Positions 1 through 10,476 of a stretch of DNA of 64,000 nucleotides are shown here, piece after piece (the stretch's first letter is position 1; each line of letters starts with the position of its first letter). The notes under the pieces are model-generated. The model worked only from the letters and a program-made list of their open reading frames with translations. It was not told the origin of the DNA and did no database searches. Origin of the DNA: a virus; IMG/VR virus record IMGVR_UViG_3300043570_003617; one strand, given 5' to 3'. Position numbers and translations under genes: made by a program.

Positions 1-908
1 AAATTCCTGGACTTTACTACTTTTTCATTGGTGAAGAAGTTGGTTGTATTGGTTCTGGATTAGCCGCTAAGAGTGGTGACTTCAATGGCAAATACGATAG
101 AATTATTTCATTTGATAGAAGAGACGTTGGTTCTGTAATTACTTACCAATCATCTTCAAGATGTTGTTCAGATGCTTTCGCAGATGCTTTAGCACTTCAG
201 TTGAACAAATCTGGATATGGATTGTCATATAAAAAAGATGAAGGCGGTGTTTATACTGACTCAGCTGAGTTTGTTGATATCATTCCAGAGTGTACTAACC
301 TTTCAGTTGGTTATTATAAAGAACACACTGTAAATGAATCACAAAATATTAAACACTTAGAAAAACTTGCTGAAGCTTGTTTGAAAGTTGATTGGGAAAA
401 TCTTCCAACTAAAAGAGATCCTTCTAAAACAGAGTATAAGTCTTATAATTACGGAGCTAGAACAAAAACTTATGAAACTTATGATTCTACTCACACAGGT
501 AGATCATCTAACTGGAGAAATAGAGACTATGGATACCACGATGATTGGTATGACCAAAGTGATGTGACTACTGATGGTTGGGATGGTTGGGATAAAAGTC
601 CTAGCACTAGTTCTTGGCCAGGTGAAGAAGAATATGGCCAATTTAAGAAAAGTCGTAAAAGAAATAAGTCAAAATCTTATTTTGATAGTGGTGGCGAATT
701 GGTTCCTTTCAAAGAAAATCAAAAGGTTTATAGCACCGATGCTTTATCTAAGAATAATCAAAACTATTACGATAGTATAATTGATAAAATTATTGACGAG
801 GAAATGACTAAAGAAGATATTGAGGTTATTAAAGAACAATATCTAGATATGACTAAGGATAATGATAGATTATTTTATCAATATCTTTTAGGAAATATTA
901 TCGACTAA
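1..908 (+). CDS. Zn-metallopeptidase-like protein (M28/M42-type EEVG motif), 5' end truncated by window edge
   Basis: Frame is open from nt 3 with no stop, so the gene starts upstream of the window. Motif FIGEEVGCIGSGLAA resembles the metal-binding EE motif of M20/M28/M42 peptidases. Confidence 0.45.
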   Translation, partial: IPGLYYFFIGEEVGCIGSGLAAKSGDFNGKYDRIISFDRRDVGSVITYQSSSRCCSDAFADALALQLNKSGYGLSYKKDEGGVYTDSAEFVDIIPECTNLSVGYYKEHTVNESQNIKHLEKLAEACLKVDWENLPTKRDPSKTEYKSYNYGARTKTYETYDSTHTGRSSNWRNRDYGYHDDWYDQSDVTTDGWDGWDKSPSTSSWPGEEEYGQFKKSRKRNKSKSYFDSGGELVPFKENQKVYSTDALSKNNQNYYDSIIDKIIDEEMTKEDIEVIKEQYLDMTKDNDRLFYQYLLGNIID

Positions 909-1110
909 AATCAATAATATCAGTAGACTTAATTATTTCATCAGGAGCATTAGAAATTTTAGAATTAGGAACATTATGACTAACTTTATAAGAAACTTTA
1001 GACAACTTCTCAAGTATTTTAACCGGAGTAACCATGTCATTATACCAATATTCTACAAGAACAATGTCACCTTCTTTATAAAACGATTTAAACTCTAATA
1101 AAAACTTCAT
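898..1110 (-). CDS. hypothetical small protein
   Basis: 70-aa ORF fills the gap between flanking genes. TATATA-type motif lies directly upstream on the minus strand. Confidence 0.35.
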   Translation of the reverse strand: MKFLLEFKSFYKEGDIVLVEYWYNDMVTPVKILEKLSKVSYKVSHNVPNSKISNAPDEIIKSTDIIDFSR

Positions 1111-1125
1111 AAACTATATATAAAA

Positions 1126-2073
1126 ATGTCAATACTTATTTTTAACGATGAAATGTACAGCTTTCTACAATTCGCTCAAAGAGATTCTATTATAGCTGCT
1201 TTATTTTTACAAGGAGACTCATCGCATATCAATGATGAAGGTAACTATATTAAAAGAGTCAATGATGAAATTGATGTAGTTTCATTTTTACCAAAATCTA
1301 AATATGAAAAGGTTGAAGATAATTGGGAAAATGGTCGAGTTAAAATTAAAATTGGAAGATTTGTTAGAAAGTTCTTAACAGAGTTCTCATTTAAGAATTT
1401 TAAAGTGACTGATACTCTTATTGAAAAATTTGTAAATCTTTATAAATCTTATTTTTCAAGAGACACTTCTAAATTGAAAATTTTTGAAGGTGAAGAAATT
1501 CTAAAGTATTATTTAGAGGATAACTACCACACGGTGAATGGTAGTAGATTTGGCACTCTTTGGAATTCTTGTATGAGACAACCAGAAAGAAATAAGTTTA
1601 TGAAACTTTATGCTAAAAATAAAGATAAAGTTAAATTGTTAGTTTTCTTTTCAGATGATGATAAAGTAAGAGCAAGAGCTTTATTATGGGAAGGGGTTAA
1701 AGACCATAAAGATTCTACTAAAGAATATAAATTTATGGATAGAATTTATTATGTTTATGATCATGATATTAACTTTTTCAAAGATTGGGCTAAAGAAAAT
1801 GGTTACATTTCCAAATGGGAACAAAGTGCTAAAACAGAACTTTTATTTGATATTGATGGTGAGGTAAAAAGGTTACAACTTTATGTGAATTTAGATGATA
1901 GTGGATTATCTTATTTTCCTTATTTAGACACATTTAAAAATTTCTATGTTAGTAAAAGTAGATTTTCAAATAGTCAAAATTACAACTTTGATTATGTATT
2001 AGTACAAAGTAATGGTCAAGTCGAAAGAGAACCTGAACCAGATGAATACTTTGATGAAGACGATAATAATTAA
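1126..2073 (+). CDS. hypothetical protein, paralog of 24427..25950 over a shared ~250-aa domain of unknown function
   Basis: Shared blocks GxLxNSCM, RALLW, KFMDRIY, AKENG[YW] and YPYLDT[FL]K with ORF 24427..25950. TATATA motif abuts the ATG. Confidence 0.7.
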   Translation: MSILIFNDEMYSFLQFAQRDSIIAALFLQGDSSHINDEGNYIKRVNDEIDVVSFLPKSKYEKVEDNWENGRVKIKIGRFVRKFLTEFSFKNFKVTDTLIEKFVNLYKSYFSRDTSKLKIFEGEEILKYYLEDNYHTVNGSRFGTLWNSCMRQPERNKFMKLYAKNKDKVKLLVFFSDDDKVRARALLWEGVKDHKDSTKEYKFMDRIYYVYDHDINFFKDWAKENGYISKWEQSAKTELLFDIDGEVKRLQLYVNLDDSGLSYFPYLDTFKNFYVSKSRFSNSQNYNFDYVLVQSNGQVEREPEPDEYFDEDDNN

Positions 2074-2075
2074 AT

Positions 2076-2105
2076 AAAAAACCCACCAATTAGGTGGGTT
2101 TTTTA
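2076..2105. terminator. bidirectional rho-independent terminator
   Basis: Stem AAACCCACC / GGTGGGTTT with loop AATTA, flanked by an A-run and a T-run, between convergent genes. Confidence 0.75.
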
Positions 2106-2864
2106 TTAAAATTCTTTTTGTTCCGAACGATACTTATCATATCGATTAGCAATTTGTATCAAGAATTTATTTCTAACAATATCTTCATTATTAAATTCAA
2201 ATAAACAAAGGTCATTCATTCCATCAACCATTTTAATAAAGTCGTTATATCCTGAGTCTCTTTTTCTAACATCATATTGTGATGTATCTCCCATCATAAC
2301 TGCTCTAGAGTCATTACCTAAACGAGTAACCCATAACATTATTTGTTTAATAGAAGCGTTTTGACACTCATCTAATAACATTATACAATTATCATAAGTA
2401 GAACCTCTCATATAAGCTAACGGCTCAAATACAATCTCTTCTGTTGAGAATAGAAAGTCAACTGTTGTTTTTCCTATAATTTTACAAAATGTTGTATAAT
2501 AAGATTGTTTGTAAGGATGTAACTTATCTTCCATACTTCCTGGTAAAAAACCTAAGTTTTCTCCAGATTCTTGAATAGGTTTTGTAATAATAATTTTTTC
2601 AATTTTTTTGTCAGCTAAAAGTGCTAAAGCTGCGTAACAAGTAGTGTAAGTTTTTGATGTTCCTGCGGGACCGTGAACAACTGTTAATATGTTGTTTCTA
2701 ATACCTTTATACAATTCTTGTTGTTTCTCACTAAGATGTACATTTGATTTTTGAAATTCTTCTTTAGTTAGAGAATTTTTCTTTCTTAGATTCTTTTTGT
2801 ATTCAAAATCTTGAACACCTTCTTGAATTTGACCACTTACTTCGTTTTTATATTTACTCATCAA
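2106..2864 (-). CDS. phoH: PhoH-like ATPase
   Basis: Walker A VVHGPAGTSKTY and Walker B-like IMLLDECQN. Length and architecture are typical of phage PhoH. Confidence 0.85.
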   Translation of the reverse strand: MMSKYKNEVSGQIQEGVQDFEYKKNLRKKNSLTKEEFQKSNVHLSEKQQELYKGIRNNILTVVHGPAGTSKTYTTCYAALALLADKKIEKIIITKPIQESGENLGFLPGSMEDKLHPYKQSYYTTFCKIIGKTTVDFLFSTEEIVFEPLAYMRGSTYDNCIMLLDECQNASIKQIMLWVTRLGNDSRAVMMGDTSQYDVRKRDSGYNDFIKMVDGMNDLCLFEFNNEDIVRNKFLIQIANRYDKYRSEQKEF

Positions 2865-2934
2865 AAAGTTATTATTTTTAATTATATATTGGTATTATCT
2901 GCTTACCTTTTATTGATGACATAGAGATATAAAC

Positions 2935-2948
2935 TTTTAATATATAAG
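2935..2948 (+). promoter_or_regulatory. putative promoter, TTTTAATATATAAG box
   Basis: Instance of the recurring AT-rich TATATA motif, ~22 nt upstream of the GTG start at 2970. Confidence 0.4.
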
Positions 2949-2969
2949 TGAAACCATAACCTTAAACTT

Positions 2970-3185
2970 GTGAAAAAGGAAGATGATTTAATTTATGACT
3001 TAATATTCTCAGATGTAGACTCTTTTATAATAGATGTCTCCGAATATGCGGATGATATTTATAAATATGAAGAATTTATTTCTAAAATAAAAAAAGTTCT
3101 TAAAAAATCAAAAGTATCAATTTCCAAAAGTGCGGTTGAAGTGGATAGTAAAACCGTAATTTGGAAATTAAAAGTTAAAAAATAA
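2970..3185 (+). CDS. hypothetical protein (GTG start)
   Basis: 71-aa ORF immediately upstream of and co-oriented with the giant gene. No in-frame ATG, so a GTG start is inferred. Confidence 0.45.
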   Translation: MKKEDDLIYDLIFSDVDSFIIDVSEYADDIYKYEEFISKIKKVLKKSKVSISKSAVEVDSKTVIWKLKVKK

Positions 3186-3187
3186 AT

Positions 3188-6100
3188 ATGTGGACATACA
3201 ATAGTACTTATAACAAATGGTCATCAACTGATGATAAACTTATTAAAAGTGATTTTGATTTCTTAAAACAAGAATTAAAAGCTACAAGATTTTATGCTAA
3301 ATCTCTTAGTGGTGCTACTTATTTACCTATTAACGGAACCGATGATGTTTATGATATATTGGGAAAATATCAACCAAGAAATTGGTATATTAGTGTAGCT
3401 GGTTCTCCTTATAGTATTACAACAATACCTTCACAACACGCTACTCCAATAGATATTGATACTTCTTATAACTACTATACTAAATATCTATCCGAATATG
3501 GATTAACACTTAAAAATCTATTTACTCCAAATAGATTGATAAAAGATTCAATGGGTAACTACAACTATGTTGATGTTGCTACAACTGATTTATTAGATCT
3601 TTCAATTAGTGATATAAATCTTACTATAGATGGTGTTAGATTAATTAATGGTCAAAAAGTTTTAGTTAAAAACCAAATAAGTAATATTACTTTACTAAAT
3701 ACAATTAATCCAAATACTTATTTCACAGGAAACTATATAATTATTCAAGATTTGGGAGGAACTGTTGAATATGAATATTATAATGAAGAAAATGGAATTT
3801 ATAAATATTCAAATGGGAGTTTAGTTAGAGATGTTGATTTAGATGATTATAAAAGATGTATAAGATATAGCGTTTCTGTTAAATTGGGAACTAATAATAA
3901 AGGTAAACAATTTCACTTATCTAGATTATTAGATGGTTATTATCCAACTACTTCATTAAATCAACCAATTGAATTTAAAGAAAAACACAATTGGATACTA
4001 AGAAATAGAGTTGATTATAATAATTTATTTGAAATAAACTACTATGATGTAATTAAACACGGAACTCAATCTTATTCATTTGATGCTGTTATATATAACA
4101 TACCAACTAGAACAATATCTGTTGGTGAGTTTGGTGTTATATTAAATACACAAGAAGGTAAATCTAATATTATACCAAATAAATATAAAGTTAATCTTAG
4201 AGGTATTTCTGAAACTACTAACTATTATTGGATATGTGGTGATGAAAATACAGTTTTAAAAGTTAGAAAACACGATTTTAATATTGAAAGAATATTGACT
4301 GAAAATGTTCCTTCTTTACAACCGCTTATTGTTAAAACAAATCTTAAATCAATATCATTTTTTAATGATTTAAGAGGTGTTGTTGTTGGTGAGTTGAATA
4401 CAATTTTATACACTAAAAATGGTGGATACAAATGGGAAAGAATTGAACTTGATGATTTTAACACATTTAATTATAACAAAGTTTTATACACTACAAATAG
4501 TAGTTTCTTTATTGCTGGAAATGTTGGTGTTTTAATTGAAATGGTTGAAACTATAGGTGGTTGGACTGCTTATAAAAGAAGAGTTTCTAGAAAAATTGAT
4601 GAGGACGATGAGTACCTATTAGTTGATAATATAAATGATCTGTATAAAACAACTATCTCTACTTGGGGATTGAGTTATTCATATAGCACACAATCTATTC
4701 CTACTGATAAAGAATTACTTTTCTTAGCGTGTAATAATAATATTATATCAGCTTATGATATAAATAATTCTTTTAGTGCAGTAGGCACTGATTTTATTTA
4801 TTTTGATTTTGGAGCTGACTATGGAGATATTAAAAATATAACAAGAAGAAAAGAAACAAATTATTTTTACTTTACTGGAACTGATAAAATAAGTGGTGAA
4901 GATGGTGTTTTTTCATTTAATATTAGTAGTTTTAATTATCTAGGAATTGGTAATTCTTATTCTAATACTACTATTTCCTCAATTCCTGCTACATCTGAGT
5001 ATTCTAATATTTATCCAAATGAAATTTTCGATTACAATGGAGATGAATTATTAATATGTGGTAATACTTCTTTATTGAAATTATCTGGATATAGTCCAAT
5101 TAATTTTACAACATTAGATTCGACATTTGAAGATAAGTTAAAATCTAAACTTTTAGTTTTAGATTATGATATAGCAAGTAAGTTAAATTTCTTCACAGAT
5201 GCTGGTGAATATAGATTACCAAACTCTTTGAATTTTAATAGTGATAATATTACTACAACTGGATCTTATATAGGATTCAAGCCTATTGAACACGCTCTTA
5301 CAACAACCAATACTGGTACTTATTCTGAGAAAAACTGGATAGAGTATTGGAGAGATAGAGAAAAAACTTTTGAATTTTATAATAATAATCCACTTAGTGA
5401 TTCTAGTAAAGTTTTAATATCTACAACATTCTCACATGTTTTTTACGGATCTTCTTTTAGTTTTGTCGGATCTAATATCACTGGTTCTGCTTCACAACTG
5501 GTTAAATTGGCACCTAAAATATTAGATAAAAATTCAAGTAGATATAATGGATATGGTTTGACAGCAATATCAGCACCTACATCAAATCATAATATTTTCT
5601 TATATGATTATTTAATGGTTGTTAGATTATTGTCAAGTACCTTCTCTGCTAATGTTGGTGATGTTATGAAACTTGAATCAGTGGTTGTTGATGGTGAGTT
5701 TGTTATTAACAAAATAAGAACATTCGGTAGTTATAAATACGCTTATATGTTTACTGATTTTAATCAAAATATAATAACTGACTTACAATCAACAACTCAT
5801 AGTGTAACTTTAACTAACTTAAATAAATATACAACATCTGATGAATTAAAATCTAGATTTAATCAACATCCAATATCAACTGGATATAAATTAGATACTG
5901 TTAATTATGTACCAACTAGTTCAACTAAATGGACTTGGGGAATGCCAAACATTTCTGGTAATATTTTTTCTACACTCGGTGTTGGTTTTAATTACACAGC
6001 TGTTGGTGGTAATTTACTTATAAATATAAATTGTTTATCAAATTCTGGAACTAATTATAGTTCAGACTTTGCTACTCTTCCAGTAAATACTTTATGGAAG

Positions 6101-9100
6101 TTTAGTGATGTTTCAGGAAATTATATTTACTACACACAGACATCTCTTGGATCTAATTTACCAATATCATACTATGAGTTTCCACTTATTTATGTGAGTG
6201 GTACTCCTTGGATTCCTTTATCTGGTGATATTATAACAGTTGAAGCTATAGGTCTTGGTGGTTATTTAGGATCAAGTTTATTTGAAATAAGTGCTAGATT
6301 TAATAGCGATACTTCTTACTATAACTTACAAACTTCATTTAATACAGGATCTGTATTACCTATAGTAAATCAAGGATTTACTTATAGTTTCTCAGGTGGT
6401 GTTTCGGCTTCTTCTGTAATTACAAGTTTAACTTATAGTTTCTCAGGTGGTTTTTCATCAAGTAATGTTCCAGTAGTAATTGCTGGTAAAGGAACAATTG
6501 GCTTTAGTGGTGATGGTGGTCCTGCTCCAGATGCTGAATTAGATCGTCCGATGGGATTAGCTTACGACATGAATGGTAATTTGTATATAACAGATACTAA
6601 TAATGGTCGTCTTAGAATGGTTGATCTTAGTACTACAATAAATACTATTTCTGGTAACAATCCAGGTTCTTATGGACCAGATTCAGTTTTTGCCTTCTCT
6701 AGTGATTTATACGAACCTAGTGATGTTGCTATTGATAATATTAATAGAATCTATATATCTACAATTTCTGGAAGTGGATCAGCTCCATATAATGTTGTTA
6801 GAAGAATAGATGTAAGTGGAACAATAGATGTTTACGCTGGAACTCCTGGTATTGGAGGTGCATATGGTGGTAATGGAGTTCCTGCTAGTATGTCTAAATT
6901 AAATTCACCACAGGCTATTTGTATTGACAATAACAATAATATTCTTTATATATGTGACACATATAATAATAAAGTTAGAAAGGTAGACTTAATTGCGGAT
7001 ATTATAACTGATTTTGCTGGTACTGGATTAATTGGTTTTGGTGGTGATGGTGGACTCGCTTTAGGAGCTAGATTAAATCTTCCAACCGGAATCACTGTTG
7101 ATTCAATTGGCGATGTTTATATAGCAGATAGTGGTAATAATAGAATCCGAAAAGTTTCCTTTTTAAGTGGTAGAATAAGTACTGTGGCTGGAAACGGAGC
7201 ACCGGGATATGGTGGTGATGGTATGCCTGCTGTATTAACTAGATTGAATAATCCAACTGGTGTCGCTGTTGATATGGCTGGTAATATGTATATTGCTGAT
7301 AAAGATAATAATAGAATAAGATTAGTTAAACCAAACGGTATAATATCAACATTTACATTAACTCCTGGTATTGAAAAACCTAATAAGGTAATAATTACTC
7401 CAACACAAGATATAGCTTATTCAACTTCGTTTAGTGATCTAGGTGGATCTGTTTATTTTCTTGAAAAACCAGAAGTATCAGCTACTTTATCAGGTCAATT
7501 AACATTTTTACCAGTTGATGGAGACATTTCTACTTTAGAGTTAGATGGTGTTCCATATGTTTATACTTTTAGAAATAGCCCTTCATTACCTGGTGATATA
7601 CAAACTAGTACTACAATCAATAATGTGTTAAACAATCTTTTAACCGGTATAACACCTTCATTATCATCATCAAGTGTTTTAGGTGATTTTATTAATTTAG
7701 AAGCAGCTTCTGGATATGGATCAACACCAAATGGAAATTCAAATTGGTTTTTAAATTTTTATTCAATTGTTACAACACCTGAAACTTTAGCAACTTTAAG
7801 TGGATCAATGAGTTTTCTACCATTAGATGGAGATACTTCTATATTAACTTTAAATGGCACATCAAGTACATATACTTTTAGGGATACACCATCGTTATCA
7901 AATGAGATTCAAATAGTTGGTACAATTAATGGGTGTTTGAATAAACTTATACTTGGTATAACATCATCTGCTATTTCAACATATTTATTATCAACTTCTG
8001 TTACTTCAACAAGCTTTAATTTAATATCTGCTTCTGGATATGGATCAATTCCTAATTCAACAATAGCTACATTGAACCCATCTTGGTCATTATCTTTATC
8101 TTCAACTACTGGTGGTGCTTTTGCTGAAGTTTCAAATGATATGGTTTATACTAGTGGTTTCTTAAAATTTGGATATTCACCAACATATAATTTAATGGAT
8201 TATTTAACAAGTATAAATAACATCGGTGATCCAAATCCAACATTCTATGCTAGTAAAGAATATTTAGCAATGCCGGAATATAGAGGTATACCATTTGGAA
8301 GTTTAACATCATCAACAGCTTATATAGACACTAATGGAATGACTTATTCTGGTGGTGCTATGTCAATGAATGGTAATAAAATACTACTTGGTGATGATTT
8401 AAAATTAGAATGGGATAGTGTATTCATAAATACATTTGTTGATGTTAATATTTATGGATCGGCTACATACTCAACTACTAAATTATTAGTTCTTAATAAA
8501 TATTATGATTTTAATAATTCAGCATATGCTATTGAATTTCATAAAAGACTAAACTTTACACTTGGTGATGCTAATATACTATCTGGTGGATCATTAGACA
8601 TTATTTCAAGAAGACATTTATATCAAATCAGTGAAGATTTACAATATTTAAATAATATACAAAGATCTGAAGGTAAAATAACTGAAGTATATCAAGGACT
8701 AACATATTCAAATTATGAAAATGAACTAAACTTTAAAATACCAACTGATTCTTATGCTAGGATTTTACTTTCAGACGCTGAAACTATTCAATCATTAAGT
8801 TCAATAATATATGTAGATGATAAAAATGAGTTAGCTCTTAATATAACTAAATTATCCAAAGAGTATATTGTTCCAATTTCTAATACTTCTAATTTTGCAG
8901 GAAAATTATATATTTCTTGTTCAGAAAAACATGATTTATTTACTGGAGATTCAGCTGTTTTAGAATTCAATGGAGGAAGTCAATCATCACAAACTCTTAA
9001 TCAACAATATTTTGGATATCATGTTATTACAAAAATAACAGATTTTGACTTTGTTACAGATATTGACTATGGATCTTCTGTGTTGGTTGGAAATGATATT

Positions 9101-10465
9101 GGATCTGTTAAATATATTAAACAAGATCCTTTCTTTAACTATCAACCAGTTGATATAATAGACTATGGTGTTGATCTTAAAGGAGAACAATCAATTGAAT
9201 TATCTGTTGAAAATATTAAATTATCAGGAACTAAATATAGCTTAATAGATGTTGATTATGAAAAATATAGATTTAGATTAATTGATGGATTAAACTTTGA
9301 AACCTTGAATCTTTCTTACCAATGGTTGCTTGAAGCTGAAATATCAGGAGCTGTTATTGGATTAGATGGCGCTGATATTGTTTGGTATAAAGGAACTTGG
9401 GAATCAGGAAGATGGTTTGGTGGTACATGGCAATCAGGTGTTTGGATGTCAGGTGATTGGTATGGTGGTGTTTGGAATTCAAATATAACAACTGATAAGA
9501 TATTATCTGTTAAAGTTGATACAAAAACCAATGATAAAGAACAATCACTATGGTTCGATGGTAGATGGTATGATGGTACTTGGAACAATGGTACTTGGAA
9601 TAACGGTAGATGGTATGGCGGTACTTGGAATAATGGTATGTGGAATAAAGGTATTTGGAATGATGGTACTTGGAACAATGGTTTGTTTGAAGGTGGTATA
9701 TGGGTATTAGGTACTTGGAATTCTGGCACTTTCAATACTAATAGTGAGCCTGCTTATTGGTTAGATGGTCAATGGAAAGGCGGTGACTTTGAAAATGGTA
9801 TGTGGTATAACGGAAACTGGGAACAAAAGAATGGTTTGTCTAGATTCGGAACAAATGCCTTCAACAGTAGAACAGCTACTTGGCATGGTGGTAAATGGAT
9901 TAGTGGTAGTTTCTACTCTAAATTACTAACTGATATTAATGGAAATCCGGATGTTTCTGAAACTCATAAGTACTCTATTTGGAAGACAGGTCAATGGTCA
10001 TCTGGAGAGTGGTATGGTGGTATTGCTTATAATATGGATTTCAAAACAGGAACTTGGTATGGTGGTATATTAGAAGATATTCAAATAGTTGGTATTGACA
10101 CCACTGAAAATACATTTATTCTGAATGGTATATTTAAGTTTAATTTAGGAGATACTATTACTATAATTAATAATCAAGTTAATAATATCTACTCGGTATT
10201 TGGTTCTAATTCTAGTCCAAGTAAATATATAATTTTAAAACAAGACGAAGATATTGTAAACGAAAGAACTATTATTTATGTTAATAGAAATTTATCAGCT
10301 ATTGGATCAGCCGTTGCTTCACCAGTAAATACTGGATTAAGAGTAGTTAGTAGATTTAAGAATCTAAACTGGAAATCAGGTATATGGACAAATGGTATAT
10401 TTGAGAATGGACTTTGGGAAGGTGGTATCTGGTATAATGGTATATTTGAAGCTACTTGGTCATAA
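3188..10465 (+). CDS. giant 2425-aa virion-associated repeat protein with an NHL-repeat propeller, a duplicated ~110-aa domain and a C-terminal Trp-pentapeptide (G-x-W-x-x) repeat region
   Basis: Uninterrupted 7.3 kb ORF. NHL-like blades (DRPMGLAYDMNGNLYITDTNNGRLRMVDL; LNLPTGITVDSIGDVYIADSGNNRIRKV) lie at ~nt 6490-7330. A tandem duplicated domain (ATLSG..FLP.DGD.S.L.L.G..YTFR..PSL) lies at ~7470-8080. Period-5 repeats GTWNNGTWNNGRWYGGTWNNGMWNKG occupy ~9300-10465. Confidence 0.9.
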   Translation: MWTYNSTYNKWSSTDDKLIKSDFDFLKQELKATRFYAKSLSGATYLPINGTDDVYDILGKYQPRNWYISVAGSPYSITTIPSQHATPIDIDTSYNYYTKYLSEYGLTLKNLFTPNRLIKDSMGNYNYVDVATTDLLDLSISDINLTIDGVRLINGQKVLVKNQISNITLLNTINPNTYFTGNYIIIQDLGGTVEYEYYNEENGIYKYSNGSLVRDVDLDDYKRCIRYSVSVKLGTNNKGKQFHLSRLLDGYYPTTSLNQPIEFKEKHNWILRNRVDYNNLFEINYYDVIKHGTQSYSFDAVIYNIPTRTISVGEFGVILNTQEGKSNIIPNKYKVNLRGISETTNYYWICGDENTVLKVRKHDFNIERILTENVPSLQPLIVKTNLKSISFFNDLRGVVVGELNTILYTKNGGYKWERIELDDFNTFNYNKVLYTTNSSFFIAGNVGVLIEMVETIGGWTAYKRRVSRKIDEDDEYLLVDNINDLYKTTISTWGLSYSYSTQSIPTDKELLFLACNNNIISAYDINNSFSAVGTDFIYFDFGADYGDIKNITRRKETNYFYFTGTDKISGEDGVFSFNISSFNYLGIGNSYSNTTISSIPATSEYSNIYPNEIFDYNGDELLICGNTSLLKLSGYSPINFTTLDSTFEDKLKSKLLVLDYDIASKLNFFTDAGEYRLPNSLNFNSDNITTTGSYIGFKPIEHALTTTNTGTYSEKNWIEYWRDREKTFEFYNNNPLSDSSKVLISTTFSHVFYGSSFSFVGSNITGSASQLVKLAPKILDKNSSRYNGYGLTAISAPTSNHNIFLYDYLMVVRLLSSTFSANVGDVMKLESVVVDGEFVINKIRTFGSYKYAYMFTDFNQNIITDLQSTTHSVTLTNLNKYTTSDELKSRFNQHPISTGYKLDTVNYVPTSSTKWTWGMPNISGNIFSTLGVGFNYTAVGGNLLININCLSNSGTNYSSDFATLPVNTLWKFSDVSGNYIYYTQTSLGSNLPISYYEFPLIYVSGTPWIPLSGDIITVEAIGLGGYLGSSLFEISARFNSDTSYYNLQTSFNTGSVLPIVNQGFTYSFSGGVSASSVITSLTYSFSGGFSSSNVPVVIAGKGTIGFSGDGGPAPDAELDRPMGLAYDMNGNLYITDTNNGRLRMVDLSTTINTISGNNPGSYGPDSVFAFSSDLYEPSDVAIDNINRIYISTISGSGSAPYNVVRRIDVSGTIDVYAGTPGIGGAYGGNGVPASMSKLNSPQAICIDNNNNILYICDTYNNKVRKVDLIADIITDFAGTGLIGFGGDGGLALGARLNLPTGITVDSIGDVYIADSGNNRIRKVSFLSGRISTVAGNGAPGYGGDGMPAVLTRLNNPTGVAVDMAGNMYIADKDNNRIRLVKPNGIISTFTLTPGIEKPNKVIITPTQDIAYSTSFSDLGGSVYFLEKPEVSATLSGQLTFLPVDGDISTLELDGVPYVYTFRNSPSLPGDIQTSTTINNVLNNLLTGITPSLSSSSVLGDFINLEAASGYGSTPNGNSNWFLNFYSIVTTPETLATLSGSMSFLPLDGDTSILTLNGTSSTYTFRDTPSLSNEIQIVGTINGCLNKLILGITSSAISTYLLSTSVTSTSFNLISASGYGSIPNSTIATLNPSWSLSLSSTTGGAFAEVSNDMVYTSGFLKFGYSPTYNLMDYLTSINNIGDPNPTFYASKEYLAMPEYRGIPFGSLTSSTAYIDTNGMTYSGGAMSMNGNKILLGDDLKLEWDSVFINTFVDVNIYGSATYSTTKLLVLNKYYDFNNSAYAIEFHKRLNFTLGDANILSGGSLDIISRRHLYQISEDLQYLNNIQRSEGKITEVYQGLTYSNYENELNFKIPTDSYARILLSDAETIQSLSSIIYVDDKNELALNITKLSKEYIVPISNTSNFAGKLYISCSEKHDLFTGDSAVLEFNGGSQSSQTLNQQYFGYHVITKITDFDFVTDIDYGSSVLVGNDIGSVKYIKQDPFFNYQPVDIIDYGVDLKGEQSIELSVENIKLSGTKYSLIDVDYEKYRFRLIDGLNFETLNLSYQWLLEAEISGAVIGLDGADIVWYKGTWESGRWFGGTWQSGVWMSGDWYGGVWNSNITTDKILSVKVDTKTNDKEQSLWFDGRWYDGTWNNGTWNNGRWYGGTWNNGMWNKGIWNDGTWNNGLFEGGIWVLGTWNSGTFNTNSEPAYWLDGQWKGGDFENGMWYNGNWEQKNGLSRFGTNAFNSRTATWHGGKWISGSFYSKLLTDINGNPDVSETHKYSIWKTGQWSSGEWYGGIAYNMDFKTGTWYGGILEDIQIVGIDTTENTFILNGIFKFNLGDTITIINNQVNNIYSVFGSNSSPSKYIILKQDEDIVNERTIIYVNRNLSAIGSAVASPVNTGLRVVSRFKNLNWKSGIWTNGIFENGLWEGGIWYNGIFEATWS

Positions 10466-10476
10466 ATTATAATTTA

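Noticed and set aside
9316-9735. Antisense ORF rich in FQVP/LFQVP repeats and sense ORF 9516..9710 (MVLGTMV repeats)
   Set aside because: Both are reading-frame echoes of the G-x-W-x-x pentapeptide repeat DNA within the giant gene 3188..10465.
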